NCBI GenBank assembly: GCA_900617105.1
Contig: UYFQ01000452.1
Span: 1-34,914, forward strand
Length of the DNA: 34,914 nucleotides
Origin: Hydrurus foetidus
Taxonomy: Eukaryota
Reading direction: 5' to 3'
Shown here piece after piece: positions 13,592 to 24,907 of this stretch (position 1 is its first letter; every line of letters starts with the position of its first letter). The position numbers and the translations under genes were made by a program. Below the pieces are notes generated by a model that did not search any database, was not told the DNA's origin, and saw only the letters and a list, made by a program, of their open reading frames with translations.

Positions 13592-13633
13592 GAAGGATAG
13601 CATGCTGTCCTAACCGAAGGATAGCATGCTGTC
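13592..13633. repeat. 18-bp direct repeat x2 with palindromic core
   Basis: GAAGGATAGCATGCTGTC occurs at 13592-13609 and 13616-13633. Confidence 0.85.
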
Positions 13634-13754
13634 TGCGGGAGATGGCAATGCAACAGCGATTGAGATATCGACGATAGATTAAAGTTGGATGATATGCAGC
13701 TCACAGTGAGATAGTAGACTGTAATACTGCAAAAAAAAGAAAAAAAGAGCACTG

Positions 13755-13911
13755 GACGGTACGGCGACGAATTTGGATGAATTCAGGCGAATTCAACCGA
13801 GAAATTCGATTGAATTCGTTGACCTGTTTTTGACCCCTCTGAATTTTACCGAATTCAGTGGCTGTTCTCCGCTGAAATCGCCTGAATTCCGCTAAATTCC
13901 GCAAAACCGTG
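13755..13911. mobile_element. Decayed MITE-like element with imperfect TIRs rich in GAATTC
   Basis: Left GACGGT...GAATTCAGGCGAATTCAACCGAGAA resembles the reverse complement of the right end, CACGGT...GAATTCAGGCGATTTCAGCGGAGAA. Flanks ACTG/TCTG may be a degenerate 4-bp TSD. Confidence 0.55.
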
Positions 13912-14191
13912 TCTGTATAGAATGACCCTCAGAGTTGAATGATCACCTCGTCGGACATCACCTTATCAGTGAGAAATCTACCAAATCAAACCACACTTCG
14001 ATCAAATTGGCACAGTCGATGTTTCTCAATTACTACGATCGCTGACCGCTGTTGTATTTCGGTTTTGAAAAAATTAGGGAAAGTTCGGTGAGAATCGTGT
14101 GAGTGGGCCGGTTGGTTTGTTGTGTCCCCTGTCTTTGTATTCCCCCTTGATGGAGCAATACAGCAAACAGTTAGTTACAGATAATATGGTG

Positions 14192-14237
14192 TACAAAATA
14201 CAAAATACAAAGTACAAAATACAAAATACAAAATACA
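14192..14237. repeat. (TACAAAA)n microsatellite, about 6.5 copies
   Basis: Directly visible. Confidence 0.9.
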
Positions 14238-15771
14238 TAATTGGAGGATAAACCTTTATGGTGGTTCCACCTCCACCGTCGCCGACCCTTTGTTTGCGGG
14301 GGCTTGAGTGTACATCGGTGACATGACCTTTTTTCGTCCAACTATTCACTTACTGTTCAATATGGAACCACAGCCATTCAGCTCACATTATCTCAATCAT
14401 CTTTCCACGCTGTTGCAAAACGTTCTTTGATTATGAATCTACCACTCAGTACCTCTACTGACCAGAACGAGAAAATTGTAAAGTTGAATAGTGGTCGAGA
14501 TTTTGCTGCAAACGTAGTATTGACTACTTTTTTGCTTGATCATGTCTAGGACCACACGATGAACAATCTTTTCGCTCTATCCTCCTACAGACACTCGTAG
14601 CATCTTCTTTAACATTACTTTCCACGTAATTGCGATTGTCCAGCACGCCTGTATAAGCCCATCATTTTTAAATTAGTGATTTTTACTTTCACCACCGATT
14701 TTTGCAGGTTGCATCTCTCGCCATCGAATTGTGCGCTTACTAAGTCGCAATTAGGTTTGTCGTCCTAGTCCAGTTACCAATCGTCAGTAGTCGATAACTA
14801 CTCTCTGTGATGAGCTGAAATGCTTCGTCCATCACGAAAATCATAACTTCCGATTCGATAAATTAGCTCTGCATCAAGGACTCACTATATTTAAGAAATC
14901 CATCGAGCAGTTTGGATGCACGATAGTCCTAGTGGGCTCCAAAGGTTATAATAATGTAGAAGAGTTTATGGATCTGTCGGCGAAGAGTAGAGGAGCGGGC
15001 ATTATCTTTTAAACTGGGACATTAAGTGATCAGACCACTCTTGACTACTTAGATTTAGAAATTCATCGAATAGTGACTGTACTGATGTACAGAACATTCA
15101 AGCTTGAGTCACAGTATGTTTCAATCAGTCAGATTTATGGTGTTCTGTGGCTGAGACAAATGAATGATGTATGCGAAGCATCAGAGCCGAGCAGGAAAAG
15201 GATAAAGAAAGGGGAAGAAATAGGTTATAGGCAGATACTAAGATATGGAAAGCAAGTGTATGAGTATGTAGCAGACACTATATGTGCTGTTGATGAGTCA
15301 CCAACTATATACATCAACGCAGCAGTGAAAGAGTTTTCACCACGGAGCACCACCGAACTCAAAAGTGTCCGTCGTAACATTTTCATTGATGACGATGATG
15401 AAATCGACAAGGAGCTTTCACAGATTTCACTTGATCCCGCTGTAGTAGAGACTCTGGGTAAATTTCCTAATAAGAACATCAAATTTAAGTTGCATGAGAT
15501 TCAGATGGTTATTGCGTTATTCGACTCCGTAACGACAGCACAAATTGAGTTGCAAGGGATAGAATACAAAATGGATACTCATGCAACTGCTACATTCACC
15601 AAGTTGATTATATCTAATTACACGCGTTATTCTGAGTTAGTGGTCGAATCGTTTGTCAGATGGGTAGTTGGTAGGGATGTTGTGAGAAAAGTATCTGGTC
15701 GAAAAATCTCAGTTGAGTTTGAGGCAGATGTCTGGGGAAAGTTAAAGATATATGAAATCGAGCAAAAAAAT

Positions 15772-15924
15772 GTAAGGAGCACCAATTTCTATAATGTGTA
15801 ATGATATTCTATTGTCAATCGCTGAATCTATATTTGATCATCATTTACACTCTAGTCTGATGTGTGCAGTCTTATCTTATATTTCCACTCTAATATGATA
15901 TGATATTGATGTACCTCGTAATAG
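15772..15924 (+). other. Predicted spliceosomal intron in the P1 transposase
   Basis: GTAAGG...ATAG. Removing it joins ...EIEQKN in frame to VDGVITDIPRIL...FSSRW. Confidence 0.75.
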
Positions 15925-16888
15925 GTCGATGGCGTGATTACCGACATTCCACGTATCCTAGTAAGCGTCGTTTACACGTATGCCATCATAGAAGAGGCTG
16001 CAAAAGCTGTGCAAGCAAGTGAGAGGTGGATTAGTGACGAAAAAACAAAAAAAACTAGAGTTCAGTTCTAGATGGGTTCGGCAATATTTAACGAGGGCGA
16101 ATATGCGGAGAAGAAAAGTAACAACTGACGACAAAAATGTCCCATCTGATGAGGAAATAAAAGAACAATGAATATCGGTCAATATATGTACAAAGAGTTT
16201 GGACACAATAAAGACACGACAATAAATATGGATGAAACGGCATTTACTTGTGCAATAGGACCTGAGTATATGTACTGTCCAAAAAAGATCAAAGTCGCGC
16301 GCAGAATATAAGAATACCAAATACATTCCTACGGATGACAGCAGTGGTCGCGGTGAGTGGAAAAGGCGGATTCGTACCTTTGTTTATTATCATAAGACAC
16401 TCCGTGAGCTCAGATGATAGACCTGATCAGTCCGGTATGAGAGTAATTCAAGATCTGCATAGGAAAAATGAAGAATTTGGGGATGATTATAATTGGAAAC
16501 TTATCAAATAGTCGAAGGAGTTAACGATTAAAGGTGTTACAAATATTCATGCATGCTACTACATCATTAACACTGTGACAGGCCACGTAATTACTAGCCA
16601 GTTTAAGGCATGGAATGACACAGTCAGAATGATCATGTGGTTAGAGACTGTAGTAAAGCCCTTGAAAGAAAAGTTAGAAAAATTAATGATATGGTTTGAC
16701 AATTGTGGATGTCACAAAACAAATATGGTAGATGAGGTTATTGGTGAATTAGATGTACAAATAGCCTGTTTACCACCTAACATGACAGGTGTTCTACAGG
16801 TATTAGATTTAGTCGTAAACGGACCGCTGAAAGCACACACTAGAAATTTAAGAGGTGCAAGAATAGTAGAAAGATTTCAAACATTTAA

Positions 16889-17295
16889 GAGTCACCGGCC
16901 GCAGGTGTGCTCTTTTTTTAGTGCGGAATTTGTCCGTACAGCATACCGGCTGGATGTTTTCGAATTTCTCACCAAATTCAATTCTGTAAATTGGGTTCGG
17001 TCAAAGTCACCAATACCTAACTGCGCTGTGTGTTTGCCAGTCGAAAAATGTTTTATGTACGTGTGCCACTTTTCTAATTCGAAAAAAGTTAGTATTTTCG
17101 GATTCGGAATCTATGCCAGACAACAGCGGGGAAGACAGAATTTCAAGCTGGACACGAATATCAAAACCGTTTGTTCCGCTTCGCTGGAATGGAAAACATC
17201 CAACCGGTTCAAAGTTGAGTGTAAAAAGTCCAATTTTTGGATTTAACGGTTTTTCTACGTGTGAAAAAAAAGAGCACGGCTGTGGCCAGTGACTC
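16889..17295. mobile_element. 407-bp MITE with TTAA TSD (Kolobok-like termini)
   Basis: 31-bp TIRs GAGTCACYGGCCRCAG..GTGCTCTTTTTTT with 4 mismatches, TTAA on both sides (16885-16888, 17296-17299). Excision restores the transposase frame TFKRLYEEE. The purine-purine start fits Kolobok rather than piggyBac. Confidence 0.9.
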
Positions 17296-18233
17296 TTAAA
17301 AGATTGTATGAAGAGGAAGCAGCAAATGAAGTACAAGGACGTACGATGCCTGTATTCCAACCCCCCAAACCTAACATGTCGCAAGGTATCCAAGATTTGT
17401 TCGACCTGATTGCGGGAGCTTTCAAACAAGAAAAATTTGTAGAAGGGGTAAGAAGATCATTCATCAGTACGGGTTGTGTTCCTTTTGATGATAGCGATGT
17501 GTCATCACTTACATTTCAAGTGTACTCTAAACACAACATATGTGGTACTATGAAATCAGTCCCCACAGGGACATTAGAATACTCAAATAATGCCAATAAT
17601 AATATCAGTGATATAGAAGTAAATGAAACAAGCGATATGATCCCAGAGATTGATTTCATGGTAGAGTATGACAACGCAATGCTAGAATATGATCATGAAA
17701 TTACAGAAGCAATGAACTTTATAGCAAACTTGTAAATAATAAACTTACATTACTTTGAAGGACGTAACTTGCGAAGAAAGCGTCCAATGTCAGTAGTTTC
17801 ACCAACATACTTCGTGAAAGTAAGAGTTAACAAACTCACCACACGTCAAAAAAGATCACCGCAACAAAGCTCACTGCATGGCTGCATGCGGTGACCATTC
17901 AGGTAAGCAGTCCAGACCAATAATTATCCGCAAATACATTCTGTATTCATGTTTAGAATTTGTTGTAATTAGTTGCAACAATGAATCGTAATGTGAAATC
18001 GTTAATGGTTCCTTTGACGATGATTAATCTTTCACCTTATTATGACAATTCATTTTTATTGCATTTTCATTGATTAGGTCTGAATAATGCATCGTCGCTT
18101 GCAAAACAAGGTTCATGATAGAAAATGCTTTAATTACAATGCATAAATGCAGTTACATAAATTTCACAAATAAAAAGATATAAGTGTTATATGTTATCTA
18201 ACGCATTTCTAGATAAAAAGTGAATCGCTGAAG

Positions 18234-19271
18234 TTACAATTCACTGTCGTTGAAGAAGGATAGCAGTTTAAGACTGATCTCCATGGAGTTGCTACTCATG
18301 ACAACAACATGCAAAGAGTAGCCGTTTCGGGCATGCGTGGTGTCGTTACCATGCAAAAAGCAGTCAAACGTTACTGTATGTAACATGTTTGTGTCATGAA
18401 GTGTGTCAATGATAGGTGAAACTTTGACTGAAGTTTCTCTTCGAAGGTGTCCAATATGCTCTCCTGTTTCGTATGAACCACGATTGGAGCCTTCCATATT
18501 CCGAGGCGCAAGGACTTGGATGTAATTCGAATCTGATCGGTGACATGTAAGTAACATATTAGTCCATATGAGTTAGTAAAGAGCTCGGGGTTCTATAAAC
18601 GGAGCGGTCGATAATGCATGCACAGTAGATAATCACTAAAACAAAGTGTCACTACTGTTCAGAGCGTATGAAGCACTTCAAGCATGAAAGGGGTACACAT
18701 CCAGGAGTTTACTGCACAACTACTCAACAAGATAGAATTTGTGATGCTAAAAACTCTAGGTAAGAAATATGAATAAAATTTCGCCAGCGTTTTAGCCTAG
18801 CAGCATTTTCGATTTAATCGGGTGGGGTTAAAAGTGCAGGCATGAATGATAGGTTAAATTTCCCGACAGACGCTTAACCAAAGACGTAAAATGTATCGCT
18901 CTCCTCCAGGCAAGATAAACTCACCGTGACAGTTGCTCGCATTGCGCCTCAACTGGCACAGAGATCCCTTCCGTACTTTGATGTCCTTGTCCAGAGCAGA
19001 CATCCCAGTGGCTTGACAGTCGAAGGCAAATATTTGGATCATCGCTGAAAAGCAAGGTGACAGGGGGAAACATCATTTAGAAATCAGTCGCATAACTTGC
19101 CGTGCCGGAGATTCTAAATATTGGTTGCATCGTGTTTTTAGAAGATGAATCACGCTGCAGTTGACCATCCAAGGAATTGGTGCCAATCTTGTGGAGCTCA
19201 TCGCTCACCTCGACTAAAATGAAGGCTGTTTCCTCCAAAGCCTCCCAGATTTGATTTCGGTCTTCAAACAA
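18234..19271 (-). pseudogene. Unknown convergent second gene of P1 (fragments)
   Basis: Peptides FAFDCQATGMSALDKDIKVRKGSLCQLRRN and NMLHTVTFDCFLHGNDTTHARNGYSLHVV have colinear homologues in P2. Confidence 0.65.
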
Positions 19272-19628
19272 AATTTCTCGCTGTGGCTTGGTTCACAATA
19301 AACAGACCTTCAATTTGTGCCACCCAACTCGTGATGAGACGCTGAAATGGTTGTGCAGTAATGTGGAGAGTGGAGTGAGTCGATAAGTTGTTATGTACCA
19401 GCTTTCGGGCAAAAAGAAGTTCAAATGTCACCGAGATTCCGCAAATAAAGGATCGGCGACGGTATGTAATAAATGCCAAATAATACGGAGCTAGATTTGC
19501 AGGGATTAGCTGTTATTTCAGTCATTCTCGTACCGTTGCCTTCCCTTTGTTTGCGGATTTCCTGTGACATAGAACTCCTTTTTGTCCGATTTTCAGTTAT
19601 TTCTAAATATCGAACAGCAGTCATTCCC

Positions 19629-20896
19629 AGAAGTCTTCAGTTCAGTCCACATTGGGTTAGAAAGTTCTTGACACGAGCAAACATGCGAAGACGTAAAATT
19701 ACTACAGATGATAAGAATGTGCCATCAGATGAGGAAATAAAAAGAATAATGAATATCGGTCAATATATGTACAAAGAGTTTGTACACAATAAAGACACGT
19801 CAATAAATATGGATGAAACGGCATTTACTTACGCAATTGGGCCTGAGTATATGTACTGTCCTCCCGACCAACAACGCGCCCAAAACATTGGCATTCCAAA
19901 TACATTCCTACGGATGACAGCAGTTGTTGCGGTAAGTGGCAATGATGAGTTCTTACTTCTATTCATCATAATCAAACACTCAGTTAGCTCAGAAGATAGG
20001 CCAGATCAGTCAGGAATGAGAGTAATTAGAGATCTTCATAGTAAGAATAAAGGATTCGGTGCTGATGATGGTTGGGATCTAATCAATTGGACAAAAGAGT
20101 TGACAATAAGAGGCATTACAAACACTCATGCGTGTTACTATATCATTAACATTAATACAGGAAATGTTATAACTAGCCAGTACAAAGCATGGAATGACTC
20201 AATTAGAATGATAATGTGGTTAGAAATTGTAGTGAAGCCATTGAAAGAGAAGTTAGGAAAATTATTGATATGGTTTGATAATTGTGGGTGTCATAAAACA
20301 GCAATAGTGGATGACACATTAACTGAGTTAGGTGTACAAATAGCATGTCTACCACCCAATATGACGGGTTTCTTACATGTGTTAGATTTGGTTGTAAATG
20401 GGCCACTAAAAGCACACACAAGAAATCTTAGAGGAGCTAGGATAGTGGAAAGTTTTCACGAATTCGTCAAGGAATACAAAGAGGAGTCAGCAAAAGATGT
20501 ACGTACACGTAATTTACCTACCTTTCAACCCCCTAAACCCGAAATGCTACAAGGCATCCAAGACCTGTTTGATCTAATAGCAGGAGGATTCAGATAACAA
20601 AAGTTTGTCGATGGTGTGAAAAGGTCATTTGTCAGTACAGGATGTGCTCCTTTTGATGAATCGGATGTGTCACAACCACTATTTAAACAGTAATCCAAAC
20701 ACAATGTATGTAGAACAATGAAAATCGTACCTACTGGAACATCTGAATCCTCCATTTGCAGCAGCATTAATTCTGATGATATTGCACTAGATGAATTGAG
20801 TGGAGAGGGCTTAATGTTATGCTAGAGTATGATAGTGCAATGTTCGCATACGACCACGAGATTACAGAGGCCATGAACTTCATTGATAATTTGTAA
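19629..20896 (+). pseudogene. DD35D transposase of P2, 5'-truncated
   Basis: Paralogue of the P1 transposase (FSPHWVRKF, MDET, WFDN, LPPNMT, HVLD). Premature stops at 20595 and 20690; it ends in the homologous ...EITEAMNFIDNL*. Confidence 0.88.
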
Positions 20897-21109
20897 CTCC
20901 ATTTTGATTGTTTAAAAAAAATAGTGTATATTAAAAATTAAGATTAATTACACACAGTAAAGATTAATTAAATCAAGATTAAAATTAAAAAGTTAAAGTT
21001 CATCGAAAAATTTAAAAAATAAAGTCATATCGGTGAATGCACACTGCTGCAGAATATGAGATTAACACTGTGGATGACTCTCGCGTAGGAGGGATGATAG
21101 GTTGTGATT

Positions 21110-21710
21110 GAAATCATCTTTCTTGCTACTGAATATAACGACATTCAGTGCATAACCACTTCAGGCGTGTGAAGTGTCACCATCACATAAACAGCATTCA
21201 AAGGTTACAGTGTGCAGCAGATTTAGTCACAGAATTATTGCACAGCTTAGTCGTCGTCTAAGCTAGGATGAGGTTCAAAGTAATGAAAGTGCTACAGATC
21301 ATATCAGCAAGGAGGGAAGAATTCTAAACGCGGAGGTGTTCAGTCTAGAGACAGGGAAGGACAGAAATCCTCCATCACATTGGGGTATAGACAGGGGAGT
21401 TTACGGCATCACACTACAGAGATGCATTCGAATTCTACAAGTCAGAAATGTACAGAAACTTTGGGCAGCGATTCGCCTCGCTTACAATCAGCGTCGAAAT
21501 GTTAGATTCAATCAGCAGCGAAAAGTTACAGCATACTCTGCTTGAAAATATTTCACAAAAAAAATAGCGCCTGGGAATTCGTGACTGCCAACCATGCGGA
21601 TTATGCATGTTCCGTTTCAGCCGGCAAGTCGAGCCTCTCCTAACTTTGTTCCCTTTGTCCAAAGCGAAGAGTCCACTGGCTCGGCAGTCGAAGTCAAATA
21701 TCCGAAGCAT
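21110..21710 (-). pseudogene. Unknown convergent second gene of P2 (fragments)
   Basis: FDFDCRASGLFALDKGNKVRRGSTCRLKRN (~21610-21698) and NLLHTVTFECCLCDGDTSHA*SGYALNVV (~21135-21225) match the P1 fragments in the same order. Confidence 0.65.
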
Positions 21711-21980
21711 GATTGATACGTGTGATAAAATTTAAGATGTCAATTTTAGAATCAACCTGATCTCGTGGCCTGCGGCACATTTCAAATTTCGCTTTGATGT
21801 AACAATCATCAACCAAATCTGTCCATAAAATGACATCATCACCATCCCCAGAGAAATTGATGAGCTCGAAACGTACCGTGTCGAAAATGATGACGACGTC
21901 TTCTGAAACTTCCAGCGATGCAGTCAGGTATCAGATAAAAATTTCCTTTCATTGAAATGAGATAGGAGTCAGATAGTAAT

Positions 21981-22148
21981 TTCGTACCGAGGCCAGAAAC
22001 GAGGCTTGTTTTTCTGACCGAGGGGTCTTTTTGCGGCTCAAAAACGCCCCGAAGGGCTCCCGCAGGGTGACGCGAGGGCGTTTTTGAAACCGCAAAAAAA
22101 ACCCGAGGTCAGAAAAACAACGCCGAGTTTCTGTGCCGAGTGTACGAA
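21981..22148 (+). repeat. 168-nt rod-like hairpin with four symmetric CGAG-type internal mismatches and a C-GCA-G tip
   Basis: Paired stems TTCGTAC/GTACGAA, CAGAAA/TTTCTG, TTGTTTTTCTGAC/GTCAGAAAAACAA, TTTTTGCGG/CCGCAAAAA and TCAAAAACGCC/GGCGTTTTTGA. CGAG faces CGAG at 21988/22137, 22000/22124 and 22019/22104; CGAAG faces CGAG at 22050/22073. Confidence 0.92.
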
Positions 22149-22493
22149 TATTTCTTTCCATACCAGGTACAAAATACGGATTTAGTATCAAGGTCGAACA
22201 TATGTATTTGAACTTTTTTCGCTGTCGCCCACCTGCAGGGTTGCTTATGCATCTGTTTCGGGCCCCACGCTCGTGGGTTCGAGGCCCGTTTGTCCCCTGC
22301 GGAGGCCGGGCTTTCTCACCCGACAATTTTCACCCGGTGGTTCGCCGTTTTCCTCCTCAAATCCTCTAATGCAAAATTGTTTCGTATTCATTCTTTCATT
22401 AGCCATGAATTTATTTAGCGCAACCCAATTTATTTTTTCCCCAAAATTGACTAATGTTCATAGAAACGATTGAATTAAAGTTTACATAATGTT

Positions 22494-23836
22494 TCAGGAT
22501 TTGTATTCAGTAGGACTGTAGGTTACATTGTTGCAATTATTGAAGGTAATATTAACTACAGTTCCTTTGTGAGTGTTGCTACTGGAGCTCGTTGCTGTAG
22601 ATGTGCTTTGACTGTTGTTTTGAGTATTGTGGACACTCATGTCGTTGTAGGTCCTCTTTCTCAAGACTGTTCCACCTTGTCCCCGCTGAAGTCCACCAAG
22701 TGATAGGATGTCGGCGCCTCCCTGCTTCATGTGGTCCGAATGATCGATGTATCTCTGTGCAACCATATCGCTCTTGTGTCCCGTTACCTGCTTTATCGCA
22801 GCCAATTGCATGCCGGCTTCTGCGCAAATTGTGGCACACGTCCGGCGGAAAGTGTGGCCTGTGTACAGGTTGGCATCCAGCAGGCCAAGTCTTGTCGCGA
22901 TGCGCATACCCGTCTTTGCCGTGATGTTGTGCCCGATGACTTGTTTCGTGCCCTTGATGCTGAATCCATTCTGCGAGGCAGTAAGCTTCCTGAAATATCT
23001 CCCCTTCTTGACAGCCATTTCGAAGGCTTTCTCGTACTCGAAGAAACCTCAACTTCCAGCGCCCCCGTTATCAAAGCCTGACTCTGCTCAGGCACTCCTT
23101 TCTGTTTGGTGCGCAGATACTTGACGAGAATCTTCACCTCTCCAGTATCCTGACTCACAGTTCGCGAGACATCTTCAAACGTGACCTTAATGATCTCGGC
23201 TCCTCTACCACCGAAAGATAATCCTATAACTGAGTATGCCGTGTCAGCAAGGTTTTCTGGCGTACGTGGCATTTGGTAAAATCTTACCAGCTCTTCCTTG
23301 GTGAAAACCTTCGCTTGCTTCGCTTGCTGCTGCTGCTTCTACTTCGTGGCGATGTTCGCTTCGAGCTGCGGCGCGATAGCCTTCAAATCTGTGTACCTCA
23401 CAAATTTCCAAAATTTCCTGTATACCGACAGCCAACTCCTTAGAGTTGTCGCCCGGTATCGGTCCGTGCCGTCGGCATTCTTTTCGTTGAGTTTAAGATG
23501 GAAATATGCATTGAGCTGTTGCTCCAATGTCATGTCGCTTGTGTTCTCGCTAATATAATCCACAAAATCTTGAATTTTCTCCCATGTACGCTTTTTTGGA
23601 GTGGAAGTTCTGCATGATTTCCACCCAGGATAGGCAGTTTTGTCCTATGTCAATCTCGTTAATTTTGCGCCTGATCTCTCCTAGAAGTCATTACGTGGAC
23701 AGTTTTCATCGTTTTCAAAATTGTCATCGTTATTGAAATTCATCCAGTCATCGTCGTAGTTTGTTGAATCGTCCTCCACTAGAGGCTGCTGTTGGGATTC
23801 ACTTTGGACCTGAGATAGATCCTCGTTGAACTGCAT
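22494..23836 (-). pseudogene. Crypton-like tyrosine recombinase (YR2), disrupted but with catalytic residues intact
   Basis: GGRGAE (R), LRTK (K), HTFRR (HxxR), GHKS (H) and AQRY (Y); the tail reads ITFNNCN. In-frame TAG at 23339-23341 aligns with a W in YR1. There is a frameshift near 23046. The acidic N-terminus from the ATG at 23836 is degraded. Confidence 0.88.
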
Positions 23837-24907
23837 AATTGTAGTTTAATACGTAAAACTTCCGTAGCTTCGTCTCCAGCTATAGGTAATACTTCCTTTC
23901 AATTATAGGGTTGCCGATTGATTATAACCATAATCGACCGGCAATTTGAGTGTGAGCGGTCAATTATGAAATTCCGGTCACAAAAAAGTCTTAGGTCCAA
24001 TAAACCTAAAATTTGAGTGGGTCTCTAGGCCTCACAAAGGAGTATTTCGTACCTACAGGTATGAAAAGTTAAATAACTCTCTATTTAGAATTGCAGGGCT
24101 CGCTATATTGATGATTTTTTAGTGCTGTGAGTGCGAAAGCTCCATCATGGACAAAAAGGAGTCCTATGTCACGGGTACACACTAGGGGTTCTGGCTAGGC
24201 TAGATTTTGCCGCCTAGCCCTAGCCAGTGGCTAGGCTAGATGTATGGCTAGATTTTGTCGAAAAATCTAGCTCAACTAGCCCGGCTGGCTAGCTTTTATT
24301 TTTTTCTGGCTGGCTAGCTTTTCTTTGGAAAGCTAGCCATAGCAAATCAGATGGCAAGTTGAAGATCATCTAGATGATGGTTACACTATTTTGATTGGAA
24401 ACGCTTCTTCTCCTCTGTCCGCGCAACTCATCTCGCTCTCAACAATCAACAACTCATCAACTGCAGAGAACAGCAATCAATCTCCGAATTCTCAAGCCTT
24501 CATCGTCTATCCAGTTGACGTGCCATCCATCCCGTCACGGATTCTGTGATCATTGTGCTCAAAAGGTAACAAAATTTACGCTTGCAAGTGCCACATCTGA
24601 AATCATGATTGCTTTTGAATTTCGAAGCATAACTAACACAGATCTCGTCGAATTAAATCTCCAGTTGAATCTACAGTCGCAATTAGTTGGAGAGCCTGTA
24701 ATTCTTAGTCGGTAGCCTTCATTTCGAAGCCAAAGTTTTCAAAGCTACCTGAAGGTTGCGACGTGTATTTTGTGTAGTGGAGACCATTTATTGCTGAAAA
24801 TTGTGCAGAATTTCTAACTGTGTCTATTTAACATGAAGTCACTGACTGTAATAAAACGCTGGCAAAATTTGGAACTCAGATTCAGCAACGATATTCGTCA
24901 AAGTGGG

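Larger units (their letters stand above)
15073..17735 (+). pseudogene. DDE_1-type (pogo/Tc5-like) transposase of P1, intron-containing, disrupted
   Basis: CENP-B-like FSSRWVRQYLTR motif; catalytic MDET, WFDN and QVLD with 35 residues between the second and third D; LPPNMT motif. It has frameshifts near 16160 and 16285, a stop near 16510 and a MITE insertion. The true start is uncertain. Confidence 0.88.
14276..19462 (+). mobile_element. pogo-like (Tc1/mariner superfamily) DNA transposon P1, two-gene type
   Basis: Imperfect ~60-bp TIRs: CCGTCGCCGACCCTTTGTTTGCGG...TCGGTGACAT at 14276-14340 and the inverted counterpart at 19405-19462. The right flank is TA and the left flank is CA. It encloses a DD35D transposase. 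Confidence 0.8.
21975..24075 (-). mobile_element. Crypton-like YR element 2 (~2.1 kb), boundaries approximate
   Basis: A single YR gene with a 3' hairpin. Related terminal motifs ATTTCGTACC lie at 21979 and 24044. No TSD seen. Nested in P2. Confidence 0.75.

Noticed and set aside
14960..15095. Penelope-like RT fragment (TLDYLDLEI...MYR)
   Set aside because: Only one weak motif, no YxDD found upstream, and it lies within P1 in frame with the transposase exon.
17007..17464. Minus-strand ORFs across the TTAA MITE
   Set aside because: Chimeric frames spanning an insertion junction, antisense to the transposase.
19405..19589. Stand-alone 185-bp MITE
   Set aside because: Diagnostic bases pair each arm with a distant TIR (14276 and 27871), and the TA dinucleotides face inward. 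These are the ends of two adjacent elements.
20929..21020. AAGATTAATTA repeats
   Set aside because: Low-complexity AT-rich spacer between convergent genes with no further structure.
22494..23563. Prophage integrase or DIRS retrotransposon
   Set aside because: No phage genes, and no RT/RNase H or gag within the ~2.1-kb element.
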